DNA of 64,000 nucleotides from Anaerolineae bacterium (GTDB lineage: Bacteria > Chloroflexota > Anaerolineae > UBA1429). The first letter of the stretch is position 1. The number at the start of each line of letters is the position of its first letter. Of this stretch, positions 29,269 to 37,983 are shown one piece after another. The stretch covers positions 1,881,946-1,945,945 of the forward strand of contig JAXGPZ010000001.1 in the NCBI GenBank assembly GCA_040766725.1, read 5' to 3'. Position numbers and translations under genes: made by a program. Below the pieces are notes generated by a model. The model did not search any database. It was not told where the DNA came from and saw only the letters and a program-made list of their open reading frames with translations.

Positions 29269-29799
29269 CTAGCCCAGCAGCAGCAGCCCGTACAGGTTGT
29301 GCGGCTCGTTGCGCTCGCGCAGCGTGTGGATGGGCAGCCCCTGGGCGCGCGCCGTGGCGAACACATCGATGCCGCAGGCCTCCATCGAGGGGCGCGCCTC
29401 TTGCGGGTGGGCGCAGCGCTCGAGGTTGCAGCCCTCGCACAAGCGGCAGGGCCCCTCGCCCAGCGCCAACGCCTGGTGCCACCCGTCGAAGAACGCCGCG
29501 CGCTCGACCGCCACCATCGGCGCGCTGGGCCGCAGCTCACCGACGAAATGCGCCAGCACGCCCAGGCGATAGCCATCGAGCAACGCGCGCGTCTCGGCCG
29601 GCGTGGGCGAGTGCGGCGGGCACGTCAGGCGCCGGCCATAGCCGCCGCAGCCATAGCGGCACTTCCAGCGCACCCATTCGCCCGTCACCACGTCGCGCGG
29701 GTCGAGGGCCACGGCGTCGGCCGCGCCCAGCTCGAGCAACCGCGTTACATAGGGCTCCGCCTTGCTGCGCTCGTACATCACCCGCTCAATCTGCGCCAT
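29269..29799 (-). CDS. DUF2284-type predicted metal-binding protein (Cys-rich)
   Basis: WKCRYGCGGYGRRLTCPP together with a later CRLCEGCNLERC cluster. Confidence 0.5.
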   Translation of the reverse strand: MAQIERVMYERSKAEPYVTRLLELGAADAVALDPRDVVTGEWVRWKCRYGCGGYGRRLTCPPHSPTPAETRALLDGYRLGVLAHFVGELRPSAPMVAVERAAFFDGWHQALALGEGPCRLCEGCNLERCAHPQEARPSMEACGIDVFATARAQGLPIHTLRERNEPHNLYGLLLLG

Positions 29800-29810
29800 G
29801 CTCCCCCCTC

Positions 29811-30428
29811 CTATCGGGCCAGCCCGGCCACACGCAATGCCGCCGCGATGTCCTCGGCGATCATGGCCACTTTGCTCTTTTCGATGCCATAGCTGGGCCC
29901 CGCCTGCAGATACGACGGAAAGGCCCGCGCCCCGACGAACCAGTACTCGCCGCCGCGGATTCTGTAGGTGGCGCCCGCCGGAATGGGCCTTGGCTGGCCA
30001 GCGCGCCGCGCGATGGCGTTCGCCGCCTTGATGGCCACATCGCCCATCAGCAGATAGGCGCGCACCCCCTCAAACGGCGCCAGCTCCTGCTCGAGCAGAC
30101 GCGAACAGGCGTTGATGGCCGCCGTCGGCACGCCATAGCCCACCTTGCCGCACTTGACGGCCGTGGTGCAATAGATGCCGTGCTCCAGCAACTCGGCCAG
30201 CGCTGCCGCCCTCAGGCCTGCACTGGCCAGGGCCGCCAGCGTGGTCGCCTCATAGAGTGCCGTCGGCCCCTGATAGCAGTTGTCGGCCGCCTGCGGCGCG
30301 GCCGTCTCTGCAATCAGCACCACCCGCACACGCTCGGGATCCACCTCCGCCGCCGGCACGTGATAGGCGCCCTGCTCGACGCCTTCGCACGGCCAGTCGA
30401 CACAGCCTACCCGCTCGCTGATGCGCAT
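29811..30428 (-). CDS. Uracil-DNA glycosylase superfamily protein (family 4/5-like)
   Basis: VVLIAETAAP (GEaPG-like), YCTTAVKCG and YLLMGDVA blocks, arranged as in the UDG fold. Confidence 0.5.
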   Translation of the reverse strand: MRISERVGCVDWPCEGVEQGAYHVPAAEVDPERVRVVLIAETAAPQAADNCYQGPTALYEATTLAALASAGLRAAALAELLEHGIYCTTAVKCGKVGYGVPTAAINACSRLLEQELAPFEGVRAYLLMGDVAIKAANAIARRAGQPRPIPAGATYRIRGGEYWFVGARAFPSYLQAGPSYGIEKSKVAMIAEDIAAALRVAGLAR

Positions 30429-30576
30429 CTCGGCCTCCTGTTGCCACGCCCCACGCCCTGATGGTACTCGATCGCGTTACGCCTGTCAGCCACTGCACAG
30501 AACCCGGCCTTCGAATGCGCTTGACAAGACCGGCGGCCTGTGCCACCATACACCCATACGTGAACGCAGGCCGCAA

Positions 30577-30606
30577 TTGACAGGGCGTGATTTGGGGTGC
30601 TATACT
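30577..30606 (+). promoter_or_regulatory. Strong sigma70-like promoter TTGACA-18-TATACT
   Basis: Consensus -35 (30577-30582) and near-consensus -10 (30601-30606), in a lower-GC intergenic island upstream of the peptide ABC operon. Confidence 0.5.
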
Positions 30607-30811
30607 GTCGCATGTTGGCGTTGCCTGTTCATCAAAGCCGATGAGCCGATACGACCTCGGCGCCACTCGAGCCAAGGATACCATGGCTTCTAGCCTTTAT
30701 AGACGATCGCAGAGCCCAGAGGCCGCCCGTAATGCAGCGGCGGTTCTGTGCGGCTCTATCGCTCAGGTGCGCACGCACTTGATGCAGGTTGATACGTTCG
30801 GTTCACCCGGT

Positions 30812-30838
30812 GCGCGACGCGTTGTCGCGCCTTTTTTG
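30812..30838 (+). terminator. Intrinsic terminator/attenuator within the leader (GCGCGAC-gcgtt-GTCGCGC + CTTTTTTG)
   Basis: A perfect 7-bp GC stem followed by a T6 run on the + strand, about 225 nt downstream of the promoter and 175 nt upstream of the binding-protein start. Confidence 0.5.
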
Positions 30839-31013
30839 TATCTGCCGTTTCCGCTTTGGTTTGCGGAGTGCGGCGCCCGCGCTGGAAGACATGGACCAGC
30901 GCTCATCCAGGCGCGCCGTTTTCAGATAACCACTCCGAGAAAGGGGGTCACCGTCGAGCCACGTATGCCTGGCCAGCAGAACGTCCAACATGCATCATGA
31001 AGGAGACCATGTT

Positions 31014-33137
31014 ATGCCAAGGATCCAACTGAACCGTCGCGAGTTCCTATTTGCATCGGCCATGGGCGCCGTGGGCATGGCCCTAGCGGCCTGCGCCAAG
31101 GCTCCGGCCACCGAGGCCCCCGCCGAGGCTCCCGCCGAAGCCCCTGCCGCTCAACCGACGGCAGCGCCCACCAACACGCCCATCCCGACGCAATCTGCGA
31201 CGGCCACACCCGTGCCGACCGCCGTGCCCGTCAAAGAGGCCCCCGAGCTCGCCGAGCTGGTGGCCGCGGGCAAACTGCCGCCCCTCGCCGATCGCCTTCC
31301 CAAGGTGCCGCTCACCCTGGCCGGCGTCGACGGTGTGGGCGCCTATGGCGGCCGCATCCGCACCTTCCATCCCAACCTGGGCAGCGGCACCGAAGAGTGG
31401 TTCTACGGCCACTCGCCTTTCCGCTGGATCGATGACGGCCAGGGCATCGCCCCCGGCCTCTGCGACACGTGGGAGACCAACGAAGAGAACACCGAGTGGA
31501 CCATCCACATCCGCGAGGGCGTCAGATGGTCTGACGGCGAGCCCTGCACCGTCGATGACGTGCTCTTCTGGTGGAACGATCTCGTTCTCTTCCCAGACTT
31601 TCCGGATCAGCCACCCGACTTTGGGCAGGCCGGCGGCGAGTTGGTCGAGCTCGTCAGGGTCGATGACTACACCCTGACGTTCAAGTACGCCGTCTCGGCG
31701 CCGTTGACGCTCAAGCGTCTGGCCATGTGGGTCAATGGCAACATCGGCCCGCGCTTTATCGCGCCCAAGCACTATCTCGAGCAGTTCCATCCCAAGTACA
31801 ATACGGAGATGAAGGACGTCGAGACGCTGCGCGAAAAGATCATCTACCGCCAGAACCCCGATTGCCCCGTGCTCTCGGCCTGGAGCTGCGACAAGTACGA
31901 TCCAGGTGAGCAGCGCGTGTGGAAGCGCAACCCGTACTACTACTGCGTCGATACCGAAGGCAACCAGCTCCCGTACGTCGATGGCATCGATGAAAAGATG
32001 ATCCAGGACGCGCAGGTGCAGGTGCTGACGGTGCTCCAGGGTGGCGTCGACTATCTGCCCTCGGTCAACCACTCGATGGCCTACTCGGACATCGCCACGG
32101 TGAGCGAGGCGCAGGATGCCGGCAACTATACCCTGATGCTCATCGACGGCGGTGGTGGCTCGGGCGTCTACTACTTCCATAACTTTGACACGCCCGACGA
32201 CAAAAAGCGCGAGCTCTATCGGAACCCCGATTTCAAGCGCGCCATGGGCCACTGCATGGATCGTCCGACCATCCAAAAGATGATCTTCTTTGGCACCGGC
32301 GAGTTGACCTCGGGCACCATGAGCCCCAAGGCCATCGAGTTCCACTTTAACGACAAGGCCCGCGAGATGTACGCCAAGTGGCGCGACATGTTCGTGGAGT
32401 ATGACATCGAAAAGGCCAAGAGCCTGCTCGATGGCATCGGCGTGGTCGACGCGGACGGCGACGGCTGGCGCGAGTTCCCTGACGGCTCTAAACTCGAGAT
32501 CAGCATCGACTATCCGGCCGATATGACCGCCATGAACGTCCAGGGCCTGGAGATCTGCACCAAGGGCTGGAATGACGCCGGCCTCAACATCGTGCACAAC
32601 CCCATCCCGCCCGCCGAGTTCGGCACCCTCTGGAATGCCGGCAAACTCGAGATCCGCGCTGGCTGGGGCGCCTCTGACGGCCCCGACCTCCTCGTCTACC
32701 CGAGCTGGCTGGTTCCCAACGAGCCCGAGCGCTTTGCTCCGCTCTGCGGCAACCGCTACCAGCAGTTGGGCACCGAGAAGGAAGACACCGAGCTCGACAA
32801 GAGCCCGTGGGACCGTACTCCGCCGCGGTGGGCTTCGATGGAGCCTGGCTTTGCCGACACCGTCGTCCCCAAGATGCAGGACTTGCTTACCGAAGCCCTG
32901 CTCGAGCCGGACGAGTTGGTTCGTATGCAGATCGTGTGGGACCTGATCGACATTCATGTCGAACAGGGCGGCTTTGGCATGGGTTCGGTGGCCAACCAGG
33001 TGCGCATGTTCATCAAGAACAAGGACCTGATGAACGTGCCCGACAAGGAAGACTTGAAACTGGGCGGCTTTTGCGATCCGTGGATCGTCCCGCACCCGGC
33101 CATTCACAATCCCGAGACCTTCTACTGGAAGGCATAG
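31014..33137 (+). CDS. ABC transporter substrate-binding lipoprotein, family 5 (Dpp/Opp/Nik-type), unusually long (707 aa)
   Basis: MPRIQLNRREFLFASAMGAVGMALAAC (Tat-like signal plus lipobox). An Ala/Pro/Thr-rich linker precedes the SBP_bac_5 fold. GGAGA SD sequence. Confidence 0.8.
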   Translation: MPRIQLNRREFLFASAMGAVGMALAACAKAPATEAPAEAPAEAPAAQPTAAPTNTPIPTQSATATPVPTAVPVKEAPELAELVAAGKLPPLADRLPKVPLTLAGVDGVGAYGGRIRTFHPNLGSGTEEWFYGHSPFRWIDDGQGIAPGLCDTWETNEENTEWTIHIREGVRWSDGEPCTVDDVLFWWNDLVLFPDFPDQPPDFGQAGGELVELVRVDDYTLTFKYAVSAPLTLKRLAMWVNGNIGPRFIAPKHYLEQFHPKYNTEMKDVETLREKIIYRQNPDCPVLSAWSCDKYDPGEQRVWKRNPYYYCVDTEGNQLPYVDGIDEKMIQDAQVQVLTVLQGGVDYLPSVNHSMAYSDIATVSEAQDAGNYTLMLIDGGGGSGVYYFHNFDTPDDKKRELYRNPDFKRAMGHCMDRPTIQKMIFFGTGELTSGTMSPKAIEFHFNDKAREMYAKWRDMFVEYDIEKAKSLLDGIGVVDADGDGWREFPDGSKLEISIDYPADMTAMNVQGLEICTKGWNDAGLNIVHNPIPPAEFGTLWNAGKLEIRAGWGASDGPDLLVYPSWLVPNEPERFAPLCGNRYQQLGTEKEDTELDKSPWDRTPPRWASMEPGFADTVVPKMQDLLTEALLEPDELVRMQIVWDLIDIHVEQGGFGMGSVANQVRMFIKNKDLMNVPDKEDLKLGGFCDPWIVPHPAIHNPETFYWKA

Positions 33138-33235
33138 CGCGGCCCTGATCACCGCACCGAAAGATCTCCGAGAGAGGGGAGACCCCTCCCCTCTCTCGGC
33201 CGAGGCAGGTGAGACATTCAGTTCAAGGGGGTGCG

Positions 33236-34219
33236 ATGCTCAACTACATTATCAGGCGAATAGGCTATCTGTTCGTCACACTCATCTTTGTCATGATCAT
33301 CGGTTTTGTCATCATCGAGCTGCCGCCCGGCTCTTATCTCGAGTTCGAGCTGCAGCGCATTCGCCTGCTGGGCGGCGACCTCTCCCAGGCTCAGATCAAG
33401 GCCCTCGAGATCCAGTATGGGGTCAATGACCCGATCTACCTCAAATTCTGGAAGTGGATCTCGCGCTTTGTGACGGGCGACTTTGGCGAGTCGTTCGAGT
33501 ACAACCTGCCGGCCCGCAACCTCGTGTTTGCCCGCCTGCCTTTTACCATCATCATCTCGGTCCTCACGCTGATCTTCTCTTGGACCATCTCGATCGCCGT
33601 GGGCGTGTACTCGGCCACCCATCGCCGCACCGCGCTGGATTACACCATCACCGTGCTGCAGTTCACCGGCCTTTCGGTGCCGGCGTTCCTGCTCGCGCTG
33701 GTGGTGATGGTCTTTGCGCAACGCACTCTGGGCCTGCATGTCGGCGGCCTCTACTCTGACCAGTTCGTGAACGCCCCCTGGAGCTGGGACAAGTTCGTCG
33801 ACCTGCTCAAACACCTGTGGATTCCCATCGTCGTCATCGGCGCCTACAACACCGCCTGGCTGAGCCGCGTCATGCGCAGCAACCTGCTCGATGTGCTCGG
33901 CATGCAGTATGTGCAGACGGCGCGCTCCAAGGGCCTGCTCGAGCGACGCGTCATCTGGAAGCACGCCGTGCGCAACGCGCTGCATCCCCTGGTGATGGTG
34001 CTGGGCATGAGCCTGCCGGCCATCATCTCGGGCGAGACCGTGGTGGCCATCGTGCTCAACTTGCCCACCACCGGCCCGCTCTACTTTAGGGCGCTGCTCC
34101 AGCAAGACATGTATCTGGCTGCCAGCTTCCTGGTGTTCCTGGCCATCACGCTGCTGATCGGCAACTTGCTTGCAGACATCCTGCTCGCATGGCTCGACCC
34201 GCGCATCCGGTTTGAGTGA
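33236..34219 (+). CDS. ABC transporter permease (DppB/OppB-like)
   Basis: Six TM segments and the BPD_transp_1 EAA loop (YVQTARSKGLLERRVIWKHAVRNAL). Confidence 0.8.
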   Translation: MLNYIIRRIGYLFVTLIFVMIIGFVIIELPPGSYLEFELQRIRLLGGDLSQAQIKALEIQYGVNDPIYLKFWKWISRFVTGDFGESFEYNLPARNLVFARLPFTIIISVLTLIFSWTISIAVGVYSATHRRTALDYTITVLQFTGLSVPAFLLALVVMVFAQRTLGLHVGGLYSDQFVNAPWSWDKFVDLLKHLWIPIVVIGAYNTAWLSRVMRSNLLDVLGMQYVQTARSKGLLERRVIWKHAVRNALHPLVMVLGMSLPAIISGETVVAIVLNLPTTGPLYFRALLQQDMYLAASFLVFLAITLLIGNLLADILLAWLDPRIRFE

Positions 34220-34238
34220 GTCACAGGAGGCGAACAAG

Positions 34239-35387
34239 ATGACTGAAGCAGTTCCGACCCTCCCGCACGTGGACATGATCGCCGAACCGGTGTCCGAAGT
34301 CGGCTTGATGTCGCAATGGAAGCTGATGGCGCTGCGCTTTCGCCGCAACGCCCTCGCCATGATCGGCCTCATCGGCCTTATCATCGGCTATACCATCATC
34401 GCCGTGGCGCCCTTCTTGGGCCCCAACGACTATCTGCGGCAAGACTCGGACTATGTCTCGGGGCCGCCAACGCCCATCGTGTTCCACAATCAGGCCGGCA
34501 GGTTCAGCCTGCGGCCCTACGCCATGGCCATCACCACCGAGCTGGACCCGGTCGCGTTCAAGTTCAAGTACGTCAAAGACGAGACCACCTTCTACCCCAT
34601 CAAGTTCTTTGTCAAGGGCGACCCCTATACCATGCTGGGGTTCATCAAGAGCGACGTGCACCTCTTTGGGCTCGATGCGCCGCACCGCGTCTATCCCTTT
34701 GGGGCCGACCCGCTGGGCCGCTGTATGCTGACCCGCGTGCTCATGGGCGGGCAGATCTCGATGACCGTCGGCCTGCTGGGCGTGGCCATGTCCATCGTCT
34801 TTGGCTCCATCATGGGCACCGCCTCGGGCTACTATGGCGGCCTCGTCGATGACGTCATGCAGCGCATCATCGAGATCATCGCCAGCTTTCCCACTGTGCC
34901 CCTGTGGGCCGCCCTGGCCGCCGCCCTGCCCAAGAGCTCGAGCACGTTCACGCCCCTGCACCGCTATTTCCTCATCACGGTCATCCTTTCTCTGGTGAAC
35001 TGGACCGGCCTCGCGCGCCAACTGCGCGCTAAGGTCATGTCCTACAGCAACTCTGACTTTACCATGGCGGCCCTGGCCGCCGGCGCCAGCGACCGCCGCA
35101 TCATCTTTGTGCACATGCTGCCCAACGCCGCCAGCCACATCATCGTGGTGGCCGCACTGGCCATCCCCGGCATGATCCTCGGCGAGACGCAACTGAGCTT
35201 TCTCGGCCTCGGCATCATGCCCCCGCTGGTGAGCTGGGGCGCACTGCTCAAAGATGCGCAGCAGGTGTCGGTCGTCATCCAGCAACCGTGGCTGGTCATC
35301 CCTGGCGCGGCGGTGATCATCACCGTGCTCCTATTCAGTTTCCTGGGCGATGGCCTCCGCGACGCCGTCGACCCCTACTCGATCTAG
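34239..35387 (+). CDS. ABC transporter permease (DppC/OppC-like, long N-terminal region)
   Basis: AGGAGG SD sequence, an OppC_N-like N-terminus, and an EAA-like FTMAALAAGASDRRIIFVHMLPNA. Confidence 0.8.
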   Translation: MTEAVPTLPHVDMIAEPVSEVGLMSQWKLMALRFRRNALAMIGLIGLIIGYTIIAVAPFLGPNDYLRQDSDYVSGPPTPIVFHNQAGRFSLRPYAMAITTELDPVAFKFKYVKDETTFYPIKFFVKGDPYTMLGFIKSDVHLFGLDAPHRVYPFGADPLGRCMLTRVLMGGQISMTVGLLGVAMSIVFGSIMGTASGYYGGLVDDVMQRIIEIIASFPTVPLWAALAAALPKSSSTFTPLHRYFLITVILSLVNWTGLARQLRAKVMSYSNSDFTMAALAAGASDRRIIFVHMLPNAASHIIVVAALAIPGMILGETQLSFLGLGIMPPLVSWGALLKDAQQVSVVIQQPWLVIPGAAVIITVLLFSFLGDGLRDAVDPYSI

Positions 35388-35407
35388 CAAGGAGGCACTG
35401 TTTCGCC

Positions 35408-36475
35408 ATGGAAGTCAAGACGGCAAACGGCCAGCCCCCGGTGCTGAGCATCAAGAACCTGAAAACCTACTTTTACACCGACCTGGGCGTCTCGCGCGCC
35501 CTGAACGGCGTCAGCTTTGACGTGCCCTTTGGCCGCGTGATGGGCCTGGTGGGCGAATCGGGCTGCGGCAAGAGCGTCACCTCGCTCTCGGTGATGCGTC
35601 TGGTGCCCAAGCCCGGCCGCATCGTCGACGGCAGCATCGTCTTTAACCGCGGCGAGCGCACCAAGGACGGCTACAAGGTCATCGAGTCCATCGAGATGAC
35701 CGAGCTGCAAGACAACGGCCCCAAGGTCCGCTCCATCCGCGGCGCCGAGATGGCCATGATCTTTCAAGAGCCCATGACCTCGCTCAACCCCTCGTACACC
35801 GTGGGCAACCAGGTGGCCGAGACCATCATCCTGCATCAGGATGTAGACAAGCGCGAGGCCATGAAGCGCGCCATCGACATCGTCGACCGTGTGGGCCTGC
35901 CCAAACCGGCCGACCTCGTCAAGCGCTACCCCCACGAGCTCTCGGGCGGCATGCGCCAGCGCGCCATGGTCGCCCTGGCCCTCTCGTGCCGGCCCGCGCT
36001 GCTCTTTGCCGACGAGCCCACCACCGCACTCGACGTGACCACCGAGGCCCAGATCCTCGACCTCATGCGCGAGCTGCAGGCCGAGATGGGCATGACCATC
36101 GTCTTTATCACCCACAACCTGGGCGTGGTGGCGCAGATGTGCGACACCGTCGGCATCATGTACCTGGGCCGCATCGTCGAGATGGCCGATGTCGAGACCG
36201 TGTTCTACAACCCCAAGCACCCCTACACCGCAGCGCTCTTGCGCTCGATTCCGCACGTGGGCAGCGGCTCCAAAGAGCGCCTCGCGCCCATTCGGGGCGT
36301 GGTGCCAGACCCCTACGCCACCATCAGTGGCTGCCCCTTCCACCCGCGCTGCGACAGCTACATGCCGGGTGTGTGCGATGCCGCGGTGCCCGCCGAGACC
36401 GACCTCGGCGACGGCCACATGGTTCGCTGCTTCCTGTACTCGGACAAGGGCGAGGTGGAAGACAATGGCAAATAG
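35408..36475 (+). CDS. ABC transporter ATP-binding protein (DppD/OppD-like)
   Basis: GESGCGKS Walker [16 protein letters not shown] signature, [10 protein letters not shown] Walker B, and a C-terminal oligopeptide-type extension. Confidence 0.85.
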   Translation: MEVKTANGQPPVLSIKNLKTYFYTDLGVSRALNGVSFDVPFGRVMGLVGESGCGKSVTSLSVMRLVPKPGRIVDGSIVFNRGERTKDGYKVIESIEMTELQDNGPKVRSIRGAEMAMIFQEPMTSLNPSYTVGNQVAETIILHQDVDKREAMKRAIDIVDRVGLPKPADLVKRYPHELSGGMRQRAMVALALSCRPALLFADEPTTALDVTTEAQILDLMRELQAEMGMTIVFITHNLGVVAQMCDTVGIMYLGRIVEMADVETVFYNPKHPYTAALLRSIPHVGSGSKERLAPIRGVVPDPYATISGCPFHPRCDSYMPGVCDAAVPAETDLGDGHMVRCFLYSDKGEVEDNGK

Positions 36476-37496
36476 CGCAGTCCAAGACAAAGAGGTCATC
36501 CTCGAGGTAAAGGGCCTCAAGAAGCACTTTCCCATCCGGGGTGGCCTGTTCAAGCGCACCCTGGGCGCCGTCAAGGCGGTCGACGGCGTTGACTTTTTCG
36601 TGCGTGAGGGCGAGACGCTCGGCCTGGTGGGCGAGTCTGGTTGTGGCAAAACCACCGCCGGCCGCACCATCCTGCGCCTGTACGAGCCCACGGCCGGCAC
36701 CATCCACTTCAAGGACCCCGACCTGGGCTGGTCGAACCTCGAGAGCATGTCGCGGCAAGAGCTGTTGCCCATCCGCCGCAACATGCAGATCATCTTCCAG
36801 GACCCCTTCTCGTCGCTCAACCCGCGCATGACCGTCAAGCGCATCGTCGCCGAGCCGCTGGTCATTGCCGAGGGCGGCACCGCCGACTCGCACGAAGACC
36901 GGGTGGCCGAGCTGCTGCGCCTCGTGGGCATGCGCCCCGAGTACATGAGCCGCTACCCCCACGCCTTCTCGGGCGGTCAGCGCCAGCGCCTCGGCATCGC
37001 CCGCGCTCTGGCGCTCAACCCCAAGCTCATCATCTGCGACGAGCCGGTGTCGGCCCTCGACGTCTCGATCCAGGCGCAGGTGCTCAACCTGCTCGAAGAC
37101 CTGCAGGGCCGGCTGGGTCTCACCTACCTGTTCATCGCCCACGACCTGAGCGTCGTCGAGCACATCACCGACCGCGTGGCCGTGATGTATGTGGGCAAGA
37201 TCGTCGAGCTCGCCTCGACTGAAGAGCTCTACTACCACCCCAAGCATCCCTACACCGAGGCGCTCATGGCCGCGGTGCCCAAGCCCGACCCGCGTCGGCG
37301 CGACCGGCCCATTCGCCTGCCCGGCGAGGTGGCCAGCCCGGCCAACCCGCCCTCGGGCTGCTACTTTCACCCGCGCTGCCGCTATGCCAAGGAGATCTGC
37401 CGCACCGAGGCGCCGCCCTTTGAAGAGGTCGAGCATGATCACTGGGCGGCGTGCCACTTTGCGCGCGAGCTGAGTCTGCGAGGCGTTGTCGTCTAG
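36464..37496 (+). CDS. ABC transporter ATP-binding protein (DppF/OppF-like)
   Basis: [34 protein letters not shown]. The start overlaps the preceding gene's stop. Confidence 0.85.
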
Positions 37497-37497
37497 C

Positions 37498-37896
37498 ATG
37501 GAACACAAGACGCGGTGGTCTGAAGGAGCGCTGCACTATCTGTTGTGGGCCGTCACAACCCTGATCACTCTGGTCGACATCCTGGCGGTGCGGATGGCGG
37601 TCATGAGCATCGCCACCGCCATCGTCGCCGCCATTCCGCGGCCCATCACGGCCGACGACCCGCGCTGGACGCTGAGCGCCGTCGAACTCTTTACCTGGTT
37701 CTTCTTGATCGCGGCGGGCCTGGGCTTTACCATCTTTGCCGAGTACCGCCTGCGCACTGCGATGGACGACGTCTCGCCCACCTCGGGCGCGCCGGTCGAC
37801 GGTGGCCCCCGCAAGCAGATGCGCACCGCTCTGACCATCTGGGCCTGGCAGGCCGGCATCATCGTCGTTGGCGTCATCATCAGCGTGCTCCTCTGA
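37498..37896 (+). CDS. Hypothetical small integral membrane protein (3-4 TM)
   Basis: Hydrophobic 132-aa ORF immediately after the dpp ATPase genes and before the FtsX permease. No recognisable motif. Confidence 0.35.
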   Translation: MEHKTRWSEGALHYLLWAVTTLITLVDILAVRMAVMSIATAIVAAIPRPITADDPRWTLSAVELFTWFFLIAAGLGFTIFAEYRLRTAMDDVSPTSGAPVDGGPRKQMRTALTIWAWQAGIIVVGVIISVLL

Positions 37897-37983
37897 CGTG
37901 GATCCAGACGAGGCCCGACTGCGGTCGGGCCTCGTAGCCTTTTTGGTAGCGGCCGTCACTCGGGCTAGAATCCCCCGCGGAGG

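Noticed and set aside
30587-31000. 137-aa ORF within the leader region upstream of the peptide ABC operon
   Set aside because: It reads straight through a strong intrinsic terminator, has no SD sequence, and has atypical composition. The region is better explained as a structured noncoding leader or sRNA.
30429-31013. Checked the two large intergenic regions (here and 20864-21114) for tRNA genes
   Set aside because: No T-loop GGTTCGAATCC-like box or cloverleaf-compatible stems were seen. The nearest match (gttcggttcacccgg) does not fit.
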